From an uncultured virus (IMG/VR IMGVR_UViG_3300009183_000073) (taxonomy: Duplodnaviria; Heunggongvirae; Uroviricota; Caudoviricetes): DNA of 64,000 bases. The notes beneath the pieces were generated by a model. That model had not been told where the DNA came from, made no database searches, and was given only the letters and a program-made list of their open reading frames with translations. The DNA lies in IMG/VR virus record IMGVR_UViG_3300009183_000073. One strand, given 5' to 3'. The translations under genes and the position numbers were made by a program. Positions 28,998 through 39,055 of the stretch are shown here, in pieces. Numbering within the stretch: the first letter of the stretch is position 1; every line of letters begins with the position of its first letter.

Positions 28998-29870
28998 ATG
29001 GTATCAAAAGAGGAAAAAATAAATTACATAAAAGATAACATATACAAATATAAATCAATTTCTCATTTTTTACAAAAAAATAAAGGATTTCATCATTTTT
29101 ACTACAAACACAAAGAAGAAATTGGAGAATTTAGAAATCTATTCGGATTACGAAGAAGTTCTACACAACAATTAATTTGTAAAAAAATATTAGAATCGAT
29201 ATTAAATGATAGTTGTTTATATAATACTAGAAAAATTTTAGAAAATAAAATAGAATTAGATCTTTATTCTGAAAAATACAAAATAGCATTAGAATATAAT
29301 GGTTATTATTGGCATAATAAAACAGAAGAAAAAGATTTTAAAAAAATTAAATTATGTAAAAATAAAGATATACTTTTTATTTTAATAAAAGAAAATCATC
29401 TAAATGAACTAATTACAATTGATAAATCTATAATTGAAATTAAAAAACAATTTAAACTTTATTTAAAAAAAATAAATAAAATTACAAATTTAAATATTAC
29501 AAATCAACAGATAGATGAAATTATTATAGATGATACTGATTTGTTATATGAAACATATTCTCAAAAAGATATAAATTATATTTTGAATGAATGTTGTAGA
29601 TATTCTGAAATAAAAACAAAATATAATAAAATTTGGCAATTTCTTCTTAGAAATAAGAAATTACATTTATTAGATTCAATCAAAAAAAGAGATTACATTT
29701 ATATGAATAAAACAGATTTTATAAATTATGTTTTAAAAAAATTTAAAAATTATACTAACTTTATTAAACATAAGATATATCAATTAGCAAGAAAAAGAGA
29801 TTATATAACAACTATCAAACATTGTTTTGATAAAAACATTTCATATCACGAGGAACTCGATTTAATCTGA
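28998..29870 (+). CDS. Putative homing endonuclease (PD-(D/E)XK/Vsr-like, ELDxY...EYNGxxWH)
   Basis: YNTRKIL..IELDLYSEKYKIALEYNGYYWH; paralogue of 33377-34861. Confidence 0.75.
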   Translation: MVSKEEKINYIKDNIYKYKSISHFLQKNKGFHHFYYKHKEEIGEFRNLFGLRRSSTQQLICKKILESILNDSCLYNTRKILENKIELDLYSEKYKIALEYNGYYWHNKTEEKDFKKIKLCKNKDILFILIKENHLNELITIDKSIIEIKKQFKLYLKKINKITNLNITNQQIDEIIIDDTDLLYETYSQKDINYILNECCRYSEIKTKYNKIWQFLLRNKKLHLLDSIKKRDYIYMNKTDFINYVLKKFKNYTNFIKHKIYQLARKRDYITTIKHCFDKNISYHEELDLI

Positions 29871-30243
29871 TGTGAATTATTCCGTTGTAAGTATCATCTC
29901 TAAAAAGAACCTTATTCTCAATTTGATATTTTAATTCTTCATATTTCATTTGCCATTTGCATGTACAACATTGTAAAATAGTTCTTTTAAATAGTGATTT
30001 TCCGTATTTTTCAATATCAAAAAGTAAATCTTTGCTACTTCCATAATAAGATCTCCAATCAGATTCTTTAATTATTTTTCTTTTTTTTATTTTACCTTTT
30101 AGCGGTGGTTTAGTTAATTTACTAAAAAATTGCTTACAACCCCAATAAAATCTTTTTTCATCATCCTTTGCATTCAATCTTTCTATAACATATACAAAAC
30201 CTAAATAATTTTCTATTTTTTCTGGTATGTTTTCCCATTCCAT
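29815..30243 (-). CDS. GIY-YIG-like (Seg-type) nuclease domain protein
   Basis: GFVYVIE...YWGCK...ESDWRSYYGSS...FKRTIL...YN. Confidence 0.7.
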   Translation of the reverse strand: MEWENIPEKIENYLGFVYVIERLNAKDDEKRFYWGCKQFFSKLTKPPLKGKIKKRKIIKESDWRSYYGSSKDLLFDIEKYGKSLFKRTILQCCTCKWQMKYEELKYQIENKVLFRDDTYNGIIHIRLNRVPRDMKCFYQNNV

Positions 30244-30289
30244 TAAATTAGTTAAGCAAAAAATTTTATAAATCTATGAAAAATATAAT

Positions 30290-30317
30290 TTGACAACATA
30301 AAAAGGAATGTTATAAT
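30290..30317 (+). promoter_or_regulatory. Consensus sigma70 promoter 5 nt upstream of an ATG
   Basis: TTGACA (30290-30295)-N16-TATAAT (30312-30317)-AAATC-ATG (30323). Confidence 0.75.
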
Positions 30318-30322
30318 AAATC

Positions 30323-30817
30323 ATGGATTTAAGTATTTGTTTATTATATAATATAAATATTATAAATCTAAATCGTTTAATAGAAGAAAAGATTTGGATA
30401 GAAATAGATAATTTTTTATTTGATAATAACTTAAAAAATCTTCCAGAAAATTCAAAAGACAGAAAAAAAATATATAATCATTTTATTGCTTCGAATCTTT
30501 TAGAAGTTTTGAATCAAAATTATAATAATATTTTTATATATAATAAAAATTATAACACATCTTCTTTTGTTATAAGCAAAAATATAATAGACATTGTAAA
30601 AGTGTTTAAATTAAACCTTTTTGATGTTGATCTGGACATTAATAATACAGAATTGTTAATAGACAGAAATATAATATATCAATTTAAGTGTTTAGCAGAA
30701 AACAAAAAGAAAATCAACTTTAAAAAAATTCAAGATTTTTGTGATAAAAACTCTTTAGTATTTTTATCAGATAAAATTAAAAATAATCTTAAAACTAAAA
30801 TGCTATTGCATAAATAA
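30323..30817 (+). CDS. Hypothetical protein
   Basis: 164 aa, Asn/Ile/Lys-rich, behind a consensus sigma70 promoter. Confidence 0.55.
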   Translation: MDLSICLLYNINIINLNRLIEEKIWIEIDNFLFDNNLKNLPENSKDRKKIYNHFIASNLLEVLNQNYNNIFIYNKNYNTSSFVISKNIIDIVKVFKLNLFDVDLDINNTELLIDRNIIYQFKCLAENKKKINFKKIQDFCDKNSLVFLSDKIKNNLKTKMLLHK

Positions 30818-30821
30818 TGCT

Positions 30822-31181
30822 ATGAAGTTTAATAGATTTATAAAAAAAGCTTATGTTTTGTTAGAACAAGATCAAGCGCCTCAACCTCCGTCGGCTGGAG
30901 GTGATCCTTCTGCTGGTGGACAACCACCTTCTGCTGCTCAACCACAAGCAGCTAATCCAGATCCTAATCAGGTTCAAAATTCTGAAGAAGGTCTTTTGGA
31001 AGTGGCTAAGAAACTAATTTTATGTTTTAAACAGATATCAGAATCAAATGATATAAAGGAAAGGGATTCATTTATTCAGGATCTTATGAATGCTAGTAAA
31101 GGAGAAGCTAAGGTTGCATTACAAGCAATAGGACAAGTGTGTGATGAATATTCTCCTCAAGCAGTTCCACAACAATTTTAA
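30822..31181 (+). CDS. Late protein, candidate internal head protein
   Basis: TAAATA 5 nt before ATG; MKFNRFIKKAYVLLE-Q then Pro/Gln/Ala-rich linker. Confidence 0.65.
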   Translation: MKFNRFIKKAYVLLEQDQAPQPPSAGGDPSAGGQPPSAAQPQAANPDPNQVQNSEEGLLEVAKKLILCFKQISESNDIKERDSFIQDLMNASKGEAKVALQAIGQVCDEYSPQAVPQQF

Positions 31182-31199
31182 TTTAAACTAAATAATAAT

Positions 31200-31463
31200 A
31201 TGTCATCACAAAAAGCAAAATTCGAATCTAAAGAATCTTTCGATACTTTAGTAAATCAATTATTAGGAACTTATGTATTTGAAGCTAATCAATTTGATGA
31301 AGATGATGAAAATGATGTAACTGATCAAGAAGTTTCTAAAGAAGTAAATGAAATTAAAAAGCAAAAAGATAAGCAGAAAGCTTCTGTAAATCCCGCTGAA
31401 GTAAAAAAAATCATGCAGGGAGCTAAGAAAATCGGAGTTCCTATTGGTGGGCAACAACAATAA
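31200..31463 (+). CDS. Late protein, candidate internal head protein
   Basis: TAAATA 5 nt before ATG; SFDTLVNQLLGTYVFE-A. Confidence 0.6.
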   Translation: MSSQKAKFESKESFDTLVNQLLGTYVFEANQFDEDDENDVTDQEVSKEVNEIKKQKDKQKASVNPAEVKKIMQGAKKIGVPIGGQQQ

Positions 31464-31867
31464 TGAAATTTGACCAAATAGTCCAAGCTATATTGATAGA
31501 AAAAGCTATATTTTCTCCTAAAGAAGATATAGAAATTATTGGTATTGGAAAATTTGGTGCCAAAATAGATAGTGGAAATGATGCTTTCGGTGTACTTCAT
31601 GGAGATGACATCAAAGTAGAAGATGATGTAGTTTATTTTACTACATCTGATAATAAAAGATTTAATAGACCTTTAATCGATACAATTAAAATTAATGTAG
31701 GTGCTGGCGTAGAAGAAGACAGACCCATAGTACATTTTGACATAGTTTTAAAAGGAAACAAATATAAAAATCAGAAATTTTCTATAGGGAATCGTTCTGA
31801 TAATGAAGAGAAGGTTCTTATAGGATTAAAATTTCTAGAACCATTAAAAGCACTAATTCAGTGTTAA
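31463..31867 (+). CDS. Retropepsin-like aspartic protease ('ATP-dependent Zn protease'/RimK-associated family)
   Basis: AKIDSG catalytic motif, EDRPIV, FSIGNRS, VLIGxxFL; N-terminal MKFDQIVQAILIE leader. Confidence 0.75.
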   Translation: MKFDQIVQAILIEKAIFSPKEDIEIIGIGKFGAKIDSGNDAFGVLHGDDIKVEDDVVYFTTSDNKRFNRPLIDTIKINVGAGVEEDRPIVHFDIVLKGNKYKNQKFSIGNRSDNEEKVLIGLKFLEPLKALIQC

Positions 31868-31876
31868 ATAATGTTT

Positions 31877-32299
31877 ATGAAGAAATTTTCCAAATTTTTA
31901 GAAAATTCGTTTAAAAGTTCTAACTTACGAAGAGTAAGATTAAAAGTTGATCCAGCGTTTTGTGTAAACGGAGAAATTGCAAAATTTCAAGGTTATGAAG
32001 GCTTTATTTTGTCAGAAGATGGTATCAATGCTAAAATGTACATAGAAAATTCAGAAGGCGGTGTAATCACTACAATACCTTGTGGAATGATAGATATTGA
32101 AAGTGGATTAACTCCTTTAGAAAAACTTAAGATGAATGTTTTGATTTATCTTAAAGAAAATAAAGAAATGAGTTTTGATAGTCCATTAGTTCAAATGGTA
32201 ATGAATAGTTCTAATATAGAAATGCTAGAAGCATTTCTATTAAATAATGGATGTACAGAAAAGGATTTACTAGAGATTTATAGATCGGAATACTTATAA
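31877..32299 (+). CDS. Hypothetical late protein
   Basis: TAAATA 6 nt before the second ATG (31877); MKKFSKFLE-N; RVRLKVDP..YEGFIL. Confidence 0.6.
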   Translation: MKKFSKFLENSFKSSNLRRVRLKVDPAFCVNGEIAKFQGYEGFILSEDGINAKMYIENSEGGVITTIPCGMIDIESGLTPLEKLKMNVLIYLKENKEMSFDSPLVQMVMNSSNIEMLEAFLLNNGCTEKDLLEIYRSEYL

Positions 32300-33000
32300 T
32301 GAAATTCGACGAACAATACCAAAAACTTTTAAACCATTACATAAGTGAAGGTATTGGTGCTGCTATTAAGGATACCTTCAGAAGAAACTTTGTTGATCCA
32401 GCTATTCAGATGAATCCTTGGAGAAATGAAAGAGGTAATTGGGCTCAAGATAGTTTAGATAAAAAACAAACCCTTGCAGAGTTAAATCCTAAACAGCAAG
32501 GAAAAGCGCAAGCACAAGGATCAAATAATTCTAAGTATATTGAAAGTTATAAACAAACTCAACTAAAATCTACTATTACTTATAATAAAGAAATTTCCTT
32601 TATAGATAGAGGAACAGTTCTAGGTCAATTTAAGTTTAATTGTAATGACTTTATCACTAGAAAAATTAATATAAATAATATGTTATTAAGTAATGCTACT
32701 GTTGCTCCTAATCTATATCAACAAGCATTACAGTTTTTGGCTTCTTATGATTTAAGAAGGTTGAGAATTATCGATTCTCAAGTAGAAAAGGATATAGCTA
32801 ATGCAATTAGACCCGCTTTATTAAAAGATAAATTAGATCCAGCTAATGTAGCAAATAAAACTACAGAAATTATAAATGAACTTAAAAAATATATAGATTC
32901 TATATTTGTTCCAATTAATTTACAGACACAGCAATCTTCTATTTATGAAAAGGCTGCTTGGTATTTCATACTTGCTAAGTATCATCAATTAAAATCGTAA
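32299..33000 (+). CDS. Hypothetical protein, candidate internal head protein
   Basis: MKFDEQYQKLLNHYISE-G; TAATG coupling. Confidence 0.6.
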   Translation: MKFDEQYQKLLNHYISEGIGAAIKDTFRRNFVDPAIQMNPWRNERGNWAQDSLDKKQTLAELNPKQQGKAQAQGSNNSKYIESYKQTQLKSTITYNKEISFIDRGTVLGQFKFNCNDFITRKININNMLLSNATVAPNLYQQALQFLASYDLRRLRIIDSQVEKDIANAIRPALLKDKLDPANVANKTTEIINELKKYIDSIFVPINLQTQQSSIYEKAAWYFILAKYHQLKS

Positions 33001-33275
33001 TGGAGCAAGATTTATCTAGTATATATTCTAGCAATGTTCAGGGTAGAGGAACAGTTTCTACTCGTCTTTTTAGTTCTTCATCTGGATCTCCTATGTATGA
33101 AAGAGATCCAGCATTAAGAAATTTAGAACAATCAGTGTTTTCTAAAATAAATGAATTGACTAGAGAACATGAAGCTCCCAAGCCATCAGTTGTTAAAACC
33201 AATGACTTGAGAGCTGTATCTGTTGAAGAAGCTATGAGAGAATTGTTAGAATTAGAAAGGTCTAATGGCTTCTAG
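33000..33275 (+). CDS. Hypothetical protein
   Basis: 91 aa; TAATG coupling with the previous gene. Confidence 0.55.
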   Translation: MEQDLSSIYSSNVQGRGTVSTRLFSSSSGSPMYERDPALRNLEQSVFSKINELTREHEAPKPSVVKTNDLRAVSVEEAMRELLELERSNGF

Positions 33276-33376
33276 GTAAAGGAAGGTTTTATAACTTTAC
33301 TGATAAAAGTAAATAAGTAAGGATTTAATTTATATCTGATAGTAAAATAATGCTCCATTATACTAAATAATAGTAT

Positions 33377-34861
33377 ATGGGTTATACATGCGGTCGCAGA
33401 CATACAGAAGAATCTTTAAGAGATATTGCTAAACAATATAAAACCAGATCAGAATTTCAAATTTCTGATATAGGTGCTTATAGTAGTGCTAAAAGAAAAG
33501 GAAAAGAATTTTTAGATTCTATTTGTGAGCATATGATAAGTGGATCGTATTCGACACCACAATTGATATGTAAGCATATTATGGAAGAATTATTGGGAAT
33601 TGAATGTGAATATAATACAAGAAAAATAATCACTCCTTATGAATTAGACATTTATTTTTCACAATTTAAATTAGCAATAGAATATAATGGAAAAGGATGG
33701 CATTATAAAGAAGAAGTCGTGGATAGAGATAAAATAAAAGTAAAAATATGTAGTGATAAAAATATCACATTGGTAATAATTACTGAAAATAACAGAGATT
33801 ATGAATCCGACGTAAAAACACAATTAATTTCAAATTTAGATTTAATTAATAAAGTCACAAAAAATAATTTTTCAGAAAAAGATATAATTGATATAGATTG
33901 TAAAAATGTTTACGATTTTATATTAAAAAGAAAAGATCTAGATGAAATTAAAGACAAAATATCAAAATGTAGTTCTATTAAAGAATTTCAAAGAAAATAT
34001 ATTTCAGAATATACTTTTTTAAGAAAAAATAAAAAATTAGATTTATTAAACGAGATACGAACTGTAGATATATATTCAGACGAAGAACTTCTGAACAGAT
34101 GTAAAAAAATTTCAAATTATACTGATTTTATTAAAGACCATCATTCACTTTATCAGAGATGTATAAATAAAAATCTATTATTAGTTGCCACTGCGCATAT
34201 GAAAAAACACAAATGTTTGTATAGACAACACACAAATAAAGAACTGATGGATTTATCTAAAAATTATAACTTTAAATCACAAATGAAGATTTCTAATACA
34301 TCGTTGTTTAACGAATTAAAGCGAAGAGGAATTCTAGATAAGGTTCAGTATAATAAAGATTTCGTATATGTTCATAGTAAAACTGCCGAAAAAGAAGATA
34401 AATTAAAAAAATGCTTCGAGGAAGCTATAAAATATGATAATTATGAAGATTTTAAAAACGACAAAGAGCTTTTTAATCAATGTAAGAAATATAAAATAAT
34501 AAACAAAATTACAGAAAAATTTGAAAAAGAAGATATAACAAAAATTATACTAGATGAATCTAAAAAATATAAAAATTTTGAAGAATTTACAAATAGTATT
34601 TGGTACTTAAAAAGTAAAAAATACGTAGGTTTGATACAAAAAATAAAATCACAAAATAATTGGGATTTCTTTAAAAAAGGAAAAATGAATTATATAGAAA
34701 AATTTCCAAATATAATAGAACTGATAAACAAAGATGTAAATTTGGATACCATAGTTGAAATGACTAAAGTCAAAAAAACTACTATTTGGAGAATTAAAGT
34801 ACGAATGCACAAGGCAGGAATATTGAAAGTTGAATATAATTTGAGAAAAAAGGATAAATAA
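33377..34861 (+). CDS. Putative homing endonuclease with repeated helical DNA-binding units
   Basis: YNTRKIITPYELDIYFSQFKLAIEYNGKGWH; repeats of A-K-x-Y-x-x-x-x-[ED]-F; paralogue of 28998-29870. Confidence 0.75.
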   Translation: MGYTCGRRHTEESLRDIAKQYKTRSEFQISDIGAYSSAKRKGKEFLDSICEHMISGSYSTPQLICKHIMEELLGIECEYNTRKIITPYELDIYFSQFKLAIEYNGKGWHYKEEVVDRDKIKVKICSDKNITLVIITENNRDYESDVKTQLISNLDLINKVTKNNFSEKDIIDIDCKNVYDFILKRKDLDEIKDKISKCSSIKEFQRKYISEYTFLRKNKKLDLLNEIRTVDIYSDEELLNRCKKISNYTDFIKDHHSLYQRCINKNLLLVATAHMKKHKCLYRQHTNKELMDLSKNYNFKSQMKISNTSLFNELKRRGILDKVQYNKDFVYVHSKTAEKEDKLKKCFEEAIKYDNYEDFKNDKELFNQCKKYKIINKITEKFEKEDITKIILDESKKYKNFEEFTNSIWYLKSKKYVGLIQKIKSQNNWDFFKKGKMNYIEKFPNIIELINKDVNLDTIVEMTKVKKTTIWRIKVRMHKAGILKVEYNLRKKDK

Positions 34862-34868
34862 TTGTAGG

Positions 34869-35648
34869 ATGAGCAACAAAAAACGCTCTACTCAAAAGAG
34901 TAGTAAAAGCGAGGGGATTGAAGAAATTCAATCCGAAATTCAGCCCAAAAAAGACACAAGTCCTTATGTTTTTCAAAAGGAGAAAATAGACTTCTCTTTA
35001 AATATAAAAGAAATCCCTTGGACTGAAAAGCAAAAAGAAATAATAAATACTGTTATAGAAAAAAAAGCAAACATGACGTTAATTGACGGAATTTGGGGTT
35101 CGGGTAAGACGATCATGGCCGTTTATGCTTGTTTAAAACTTTTAAACATGAAAAAGATTTCAAATATTCTTTATGTAAGGAATATTGTACAAAGTGGTAC
35201 TGGAACACTGGGCTGGCTTGGAGGTGACCTCCAGACCCGTCTAAGCCCGTATATGGTCCCACTTAACCAGAAGCTGGAACAGCTTCTTCCAGCTAATCAA
35301 GTTAAGAAATTATTACAAGATAATACTGTAGAAGCACAACCAGTTGCTTTGCTTCGTGGTACATCATATGATGCGTATGGAATAATAATAGATGAAATGG
35401 GATGTATGTCCAAAGAAGACATCATGCTTACTTTATCTAGAGTAGGTAAATTTAGTTATGTTTTCGGAATTGGCGACTCTTGGCAAGTAGATATTAAAAA
35501 CTCAGGATTTCGTAATATTTTTGATACATTCAATGACGAAGAATCGAGAGAAAATAAAATTTACACTTTCGAACTGCAAGAAGAAATGGACGTTATGAGA
35601 AGTGATTTCTTGAAATATGTGATGAAAAAGGTAAGAGGTTCTAGATAA
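34869..35648 (+). CDS. phoH: PhoH-family ATPase
   Basis: GIWGSGKT, LGWLGGD, LLRGTSY, IIDE, GDSWQVD, VMRS. Confidence 0.85.
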   Translation: MSNKKRSTQKSSKSEGIEEIQSEIQPKKDTSPYVFQKEKIDFSLNIKEIPWTEKQKEIINTVIEKKANMTLIDGIWGSGKTIMAVYACLKLLNMKKISNILYVRNIVQSGTGTLGWLGGDLQTRLSPYMVPLNQKLEQLLPANQVKKLLQDNTVEAQPVALLRGTSYDAYGIIIDEMGCMSKEDIMLTLSRVGKFSYVFGIGDSWQVDIKNSGFRNIFDTFNDEESRENKIYTFELQEEMDVMRSDFLKYVMKKVRGSR

Positions 35649-35689
35649 TTTATCTTTTACAATCTTGTAAAATAGGGTAAGTAGATAAT

Positions 35690-36133
35690 ATGAATATTAA
35701 AGATGGAAATGAAGATTCCAATAGAATTGCAAAAATAATGATTATAAAAGGAAATAAAGTTTTATTATTATTTTCTAAAAGGTTGAAGAAATTTCATTTG
35801 CCAGGGGGTCATGTGCATAAAAACGAAAGTTATATACAAGGTCTTAAAAGAGAAGTGAAGGAAGAAACTGATTTAGATATTACTAATAATCATAGTATTT
35901 TTTACAAAAAGCCAAATGTTGTGTTATACAAGGGTTATGCTCACCCAGGGTATATAAAGTTGAGTGATGAGCACGACGGATACGTGTGGGCTAAAATAGA
36001 TAATGTAATAGAAAAATACAAAAATACTTTATGTAATTATACTTTTAGAGATTTATGGCACTTGCAAAGATATTGGAGAAGAAAATACACTAAAAAGCTG
36101 AGTGAAGATAAATCATCTGAAGATATATCTTGA
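35690..36133 (+). CDS. NUDIX hydrolase
   Basis: Nudix box LPGGHVHKNESYIQGLKREVKEETDL; LSDEH. Confidence 0.9.
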   Translation: MNIKDGNEDSNRIAKIMIIKGNKVLLLFSKRLKKFHLPGGHVHKNESYIQGLKREVKEETDLDITNNHSIFYKKPNVVLYKGYAHPGYIKLSDEHDGYVWAKIDNVIEKYKNTLCNYTFRDLWHLQRYWRRKYTKKLSEDKSSEDIS

Positions 36134-36165
36134 TATTTTTTTATAACTTGATAACATAAAAATAT

Positions 36166-36936
36166 ATGCGTATTTTAATCAGCGGAACCGCTAATACTGG
36201 CAAGACAACTTTAATTAAAGATTTTTTAAATAGTTGGCCGAACTACAGTACTCCAGTCTCATCTTATAGAGATTTAATTAAAGAAAAAAACTATCCACAT
36301 AGCAAGAAGTGCAACCAAGAAGGCCAATGGGCTATATTGAATTGTATGATTGACGAAATGCAGAAATACACGAAGGATGACAAAGTTATTTTTGATAGGG
36401 GTCCTTTGGATTGTTTAGTATACTCTCTATGGGCTTGTGAGATGAGTTCTTCTGATATTGAAGAGAACTTTATAAGTAAGATTATTCCAATCGTAAAGGA
36501 GTCCATGAAAAATTTGGATGTAATTTTTTATATTCCTATTTCTAAGTCTTCTCCGATTCCGATTAATAATGACGGATTTAGGGATGTAGATCCTAAGTAT
36601 ATTACAGAAATAGATAATATTTTCAAAGCTATATTTCATCTGTATCAACATAGTTTTACTGATAATCCTTTTCTTCCTTCCGATGATTGTCCAGCTATTA
36701 TCGAGATCTTTGGAAGTAGAGAAGAAAGAATTGCCTTAATGCAGCAGTACTTAAATGTGGATGGTGAAGTTATTGGAGAAGAAGGCGGGTCTATTCTAGA
36801 TCCCCATAATATTAGAGATTTAGAAAAATTGCTAGAAGATCAGTTAACAGCAGATCAAAAAGAAAAGCTCTTTAAGAGAGAAAAGGAATTAGCTGACGAG
36901 TTCCTAAAAAAAGAGAAAACTAAATCTAAACGCTGA
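36166..36936 (+). CDS. P-loop nucleotide kinase-like protein (dNMP/thymidylate kinase or AAA_28-like)
   Basis: ISGTANTGKTT, FDRGPLD. Confidence 0.75.
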   Translation: MRILISGTANTGKTTLIKDFLNSWPNYSTPVSSYRDLIKEKNYPHSKKCNQEGQWAILNCMIDEMQKYTKDDKVIFDRGPLDCLVYSLWACEMSSSDIEENFISKIIPIVKESMKNLDVIFYIPISKSSPIPINNDGFRDVDPKYITEIDNIFKAIFHLYQHSFTDNPFLPSDDCPAIIEIFGSREERIALMQQYLNVDGEVIGEEGGSILDPHNIRDLEKLLEDQLTADQKEKLFKREKELADEFLKKEKTKSKR

Positions 36937-37495
36937 TAATAGCAGTTATATTATAGATGGCTTCTTCTTCTGCATTAATTGAAGTCATGACAATAGAACT
37001 GGTTTCAGCTACAAAAGTATACCGTGAAAACGGAGCAGATATTTTAACTGCTCCGTTTGAAACTCCCATTACATAAGCGGGAAATCTAGCAGCATAGGAA
37101 TTTCCTGGAGTAATTATAACATCTTCTGCTTTTATTTCTGTGTTATTTGGAACAACCATTCCAGTTTCGTATGTCCCTCCCGCTGGGATCTTGATTGTAA
37201 CTTTACCTATATAAGTACTAGAAACACCATTTACATTAGAAGTTAGTAAATCTAAATTACTAGACAATGTATTAATTGTATTGGAATGAGTATTTACTAA
37301 TGCTGATAAAGTTATAACTGCATTAGAATTTTGTGTAACTGTAGTAGTTAATACTGTATTTGTTGTTGGTATAAGAAAATTTTGAAAATCTATGATGTGT
37401 GTACCCGTGGAAGTTTCCAGTAGAATATAATCTCCGTTGTTAATCTCTGTAACCTCGGGTAAATCTTTAATATTAATAAAAACTTCAGTAGCCAT
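36926..37495 (-). CDS. Putative virion structural protein
   Basis: INIKDLPEVTEI..GDYILLE N-terminus typical of fibre/baseplate attachment segments; TAAATA 6 nt before ATG. Confidence 0.55.
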   Translation of the reverse strand: MATEVFINIKDLPEVTEINNGDYILLETSTGTHIIDFQNFLIPTTNTVLTTTVTQNSNAVITLSALVNTHSNTINTLSSNLDLLTSNVNGVSSTYIGKVTIKIPAGGTYETGMVVPNNTEIKAEDVIITPGNSYAARFPAYVMGVSNGAVKISAPFSRYTFVAETSSIVMTSINAEEEAIYNITAIISV

Positions 37496-37542
37496 TTTAA
37501 TTATTTATTGATTTTGTCGTTTTATGTGATAAATTAAAATAA

Positions 37543-38325
37543 ATGAGTAAAAAAATAGGATTAGGTGTTGTTACATATAACAGACCAGAGTATTTCAAGA
37601 AGATTTTCAAGTCTATACCAATACATAAGTTAGACTCTATTGTAGTTGTTAACGACGGAACTCCGTATGGAGAATTAGAAGTTCCTTTAATTCAACACGA
37701 AACCAATAAAGGTGTTGGTGTAAGTAAAAATGATGCTTTACGTTTTCTTCTAGAGAAGGATTGTGATTATTTCTTTTTAATGGAAGATGATATAATCATT
37801 AAAGATCCAGATGTGTTTCAGAAATATATAGATGTTTCAGAGGAAACTGGAATCCAACATTTTAATTATAGTCAACATGGCTTGATGAACAAGTTACCGA
37901 ATACAGAAACTCCAGCTCCAAAAACTAGAATTGAGTATAAAAATGGAATTTCTATTGAATTATTTTCAAATTGTGTAGGAGCATTTTCGTTCTATACTAG
38001 AAAATGCATTGATGGTGTCGGTCTTTTGGATGAAGATTTTCATAATGCTTTAGAACATGTAGAACATACGTTTAATATTATTAAGAAAGATATGCATCCA
38101 CCTTTTTGGTGGTTTGCTGATATAGCTGATTCTAATAATTATCTTTCTGATATACCTTGGTCTCCGCAAACTAGTACTATTTCTTCGAAGCCAGATCATA
38201 TGGATTCCTTTAGAAAAGGACTTGAGATCTTTTCTAAAAAACATAAGGAAAATCTATTATCTATACCCGCACAACCATTGGATTCTGTTAAACAATCATT
38301 AAAAAATATTTACAGGAATAGATGA
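37543..38325 (+). CDS. Glycosyltransferase family 2
   Basis: GVVTYNRP, VVNDG, NKGVGVSKN, LMEDD, GLLDEDF. Confidence 0.88.
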   Translation: MSKKIGLGVVTYNRPEYFKKIFKSIPIHKLDSIVVVNDGTPYGELEVPLIQHETNKGVGVSKNDALRFLLEKDCDYFFLMEDDIIIKDPDVFQKYIDVSEETGIQHFNYSQHGLMNKLPNTETPAPKTRIEYKNGISIELFSNCVGAFSFYTRKCIDGVGLLDEDFHNALEHVEHTFNIIKKDMHPPFWWFADIADSNNYLSDIPWSPQTSTISSKPDHMDSFRKGLEIFSKKHKENLLSIPAQPLDSVKQSLKNIYRNR

Positions 38326-39053
38326 AAAATATAACTTTAGCTTCTTGTTCTTATAATACTCCTATAGTAACAATTACGATGCTTAAATCATTTTTTAAGC
38401 ATCACGACGAAACAGAAGTTTTGATTTGTGAAAATTCCTCTAATGAGGAAACTGTTAACCTTCTTAGAGAAGAAGGTGTAAATTTCATTAGAAATCAAAA
38501 TGGATTACACGCTCCTTCTGTTGATATTCTATTAAATGAATGTAAAACTGATTATATGTTGTTAGTTGATACTGATATTATATTTCTTAAAAATCATACA
38601 GATATTTTTAATCAAGTTAAACATCTTGATATTACACTTTTAGGCGAAATATGCGGTGATAGAGGAGGTAAAAAATTACATAACAGAGTTCATCCTTGGC
38701 ATTGTTTTATAAATGCAAAACATATTAAAGAAAATAATATAAAATTTTATGATTACAATCGTCAAATAAAAAGGGATGGAAGTCCAATTTATGATGTTGG
38801 TGCTAGCTTTTTTGAAGATATTAAAAAAGCAAAATTAAAAATCGGTGGTGTAAAATTAGAACATAATTATTTCAAACATTATGAAGGAATGTCTTGGAGA
38901 ACTCTTAAATATGGACAGAATGAAGGAAATATTGATGTTGATTCTAATGCAACTCATAATAATTATGAGTTGTACAAATACGGAAAAATGATAGAAGACA
39001 GATATCAATCAGAAATAGAAAATTTCAAACAAATAGAAATAAAATGTAAATAA
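38322..39053 (+). CDS. Glycosyltransferase (GT-A/GT2-like)
   Basis: CSYNTP, ICENS, LLVDTD, YDVG. Confidence 0.75.
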   Translation: MKNITLASCSYNTPIVTITMLKSFFKHHDETEVLICENSSNEETVNLLREEGVNFIRNQNGLHAPSVDILLNECKTDYMLLVDTDIIFLKNHTDIFNQVKHLDITLLGEICGDRGGKKLHNRVHPWHCFINAKHIKENNIKFYDYNRQIKRDGSPIYDVGASFFEDIKKAKLKIGGVKLEHNYFKHYEGMSWRTLKYGQNEGNIDVDSNATHNNYELYKYGKMIEDRYQSEIENFKQIEIKCK

Positions 39054-39055
39054 TT

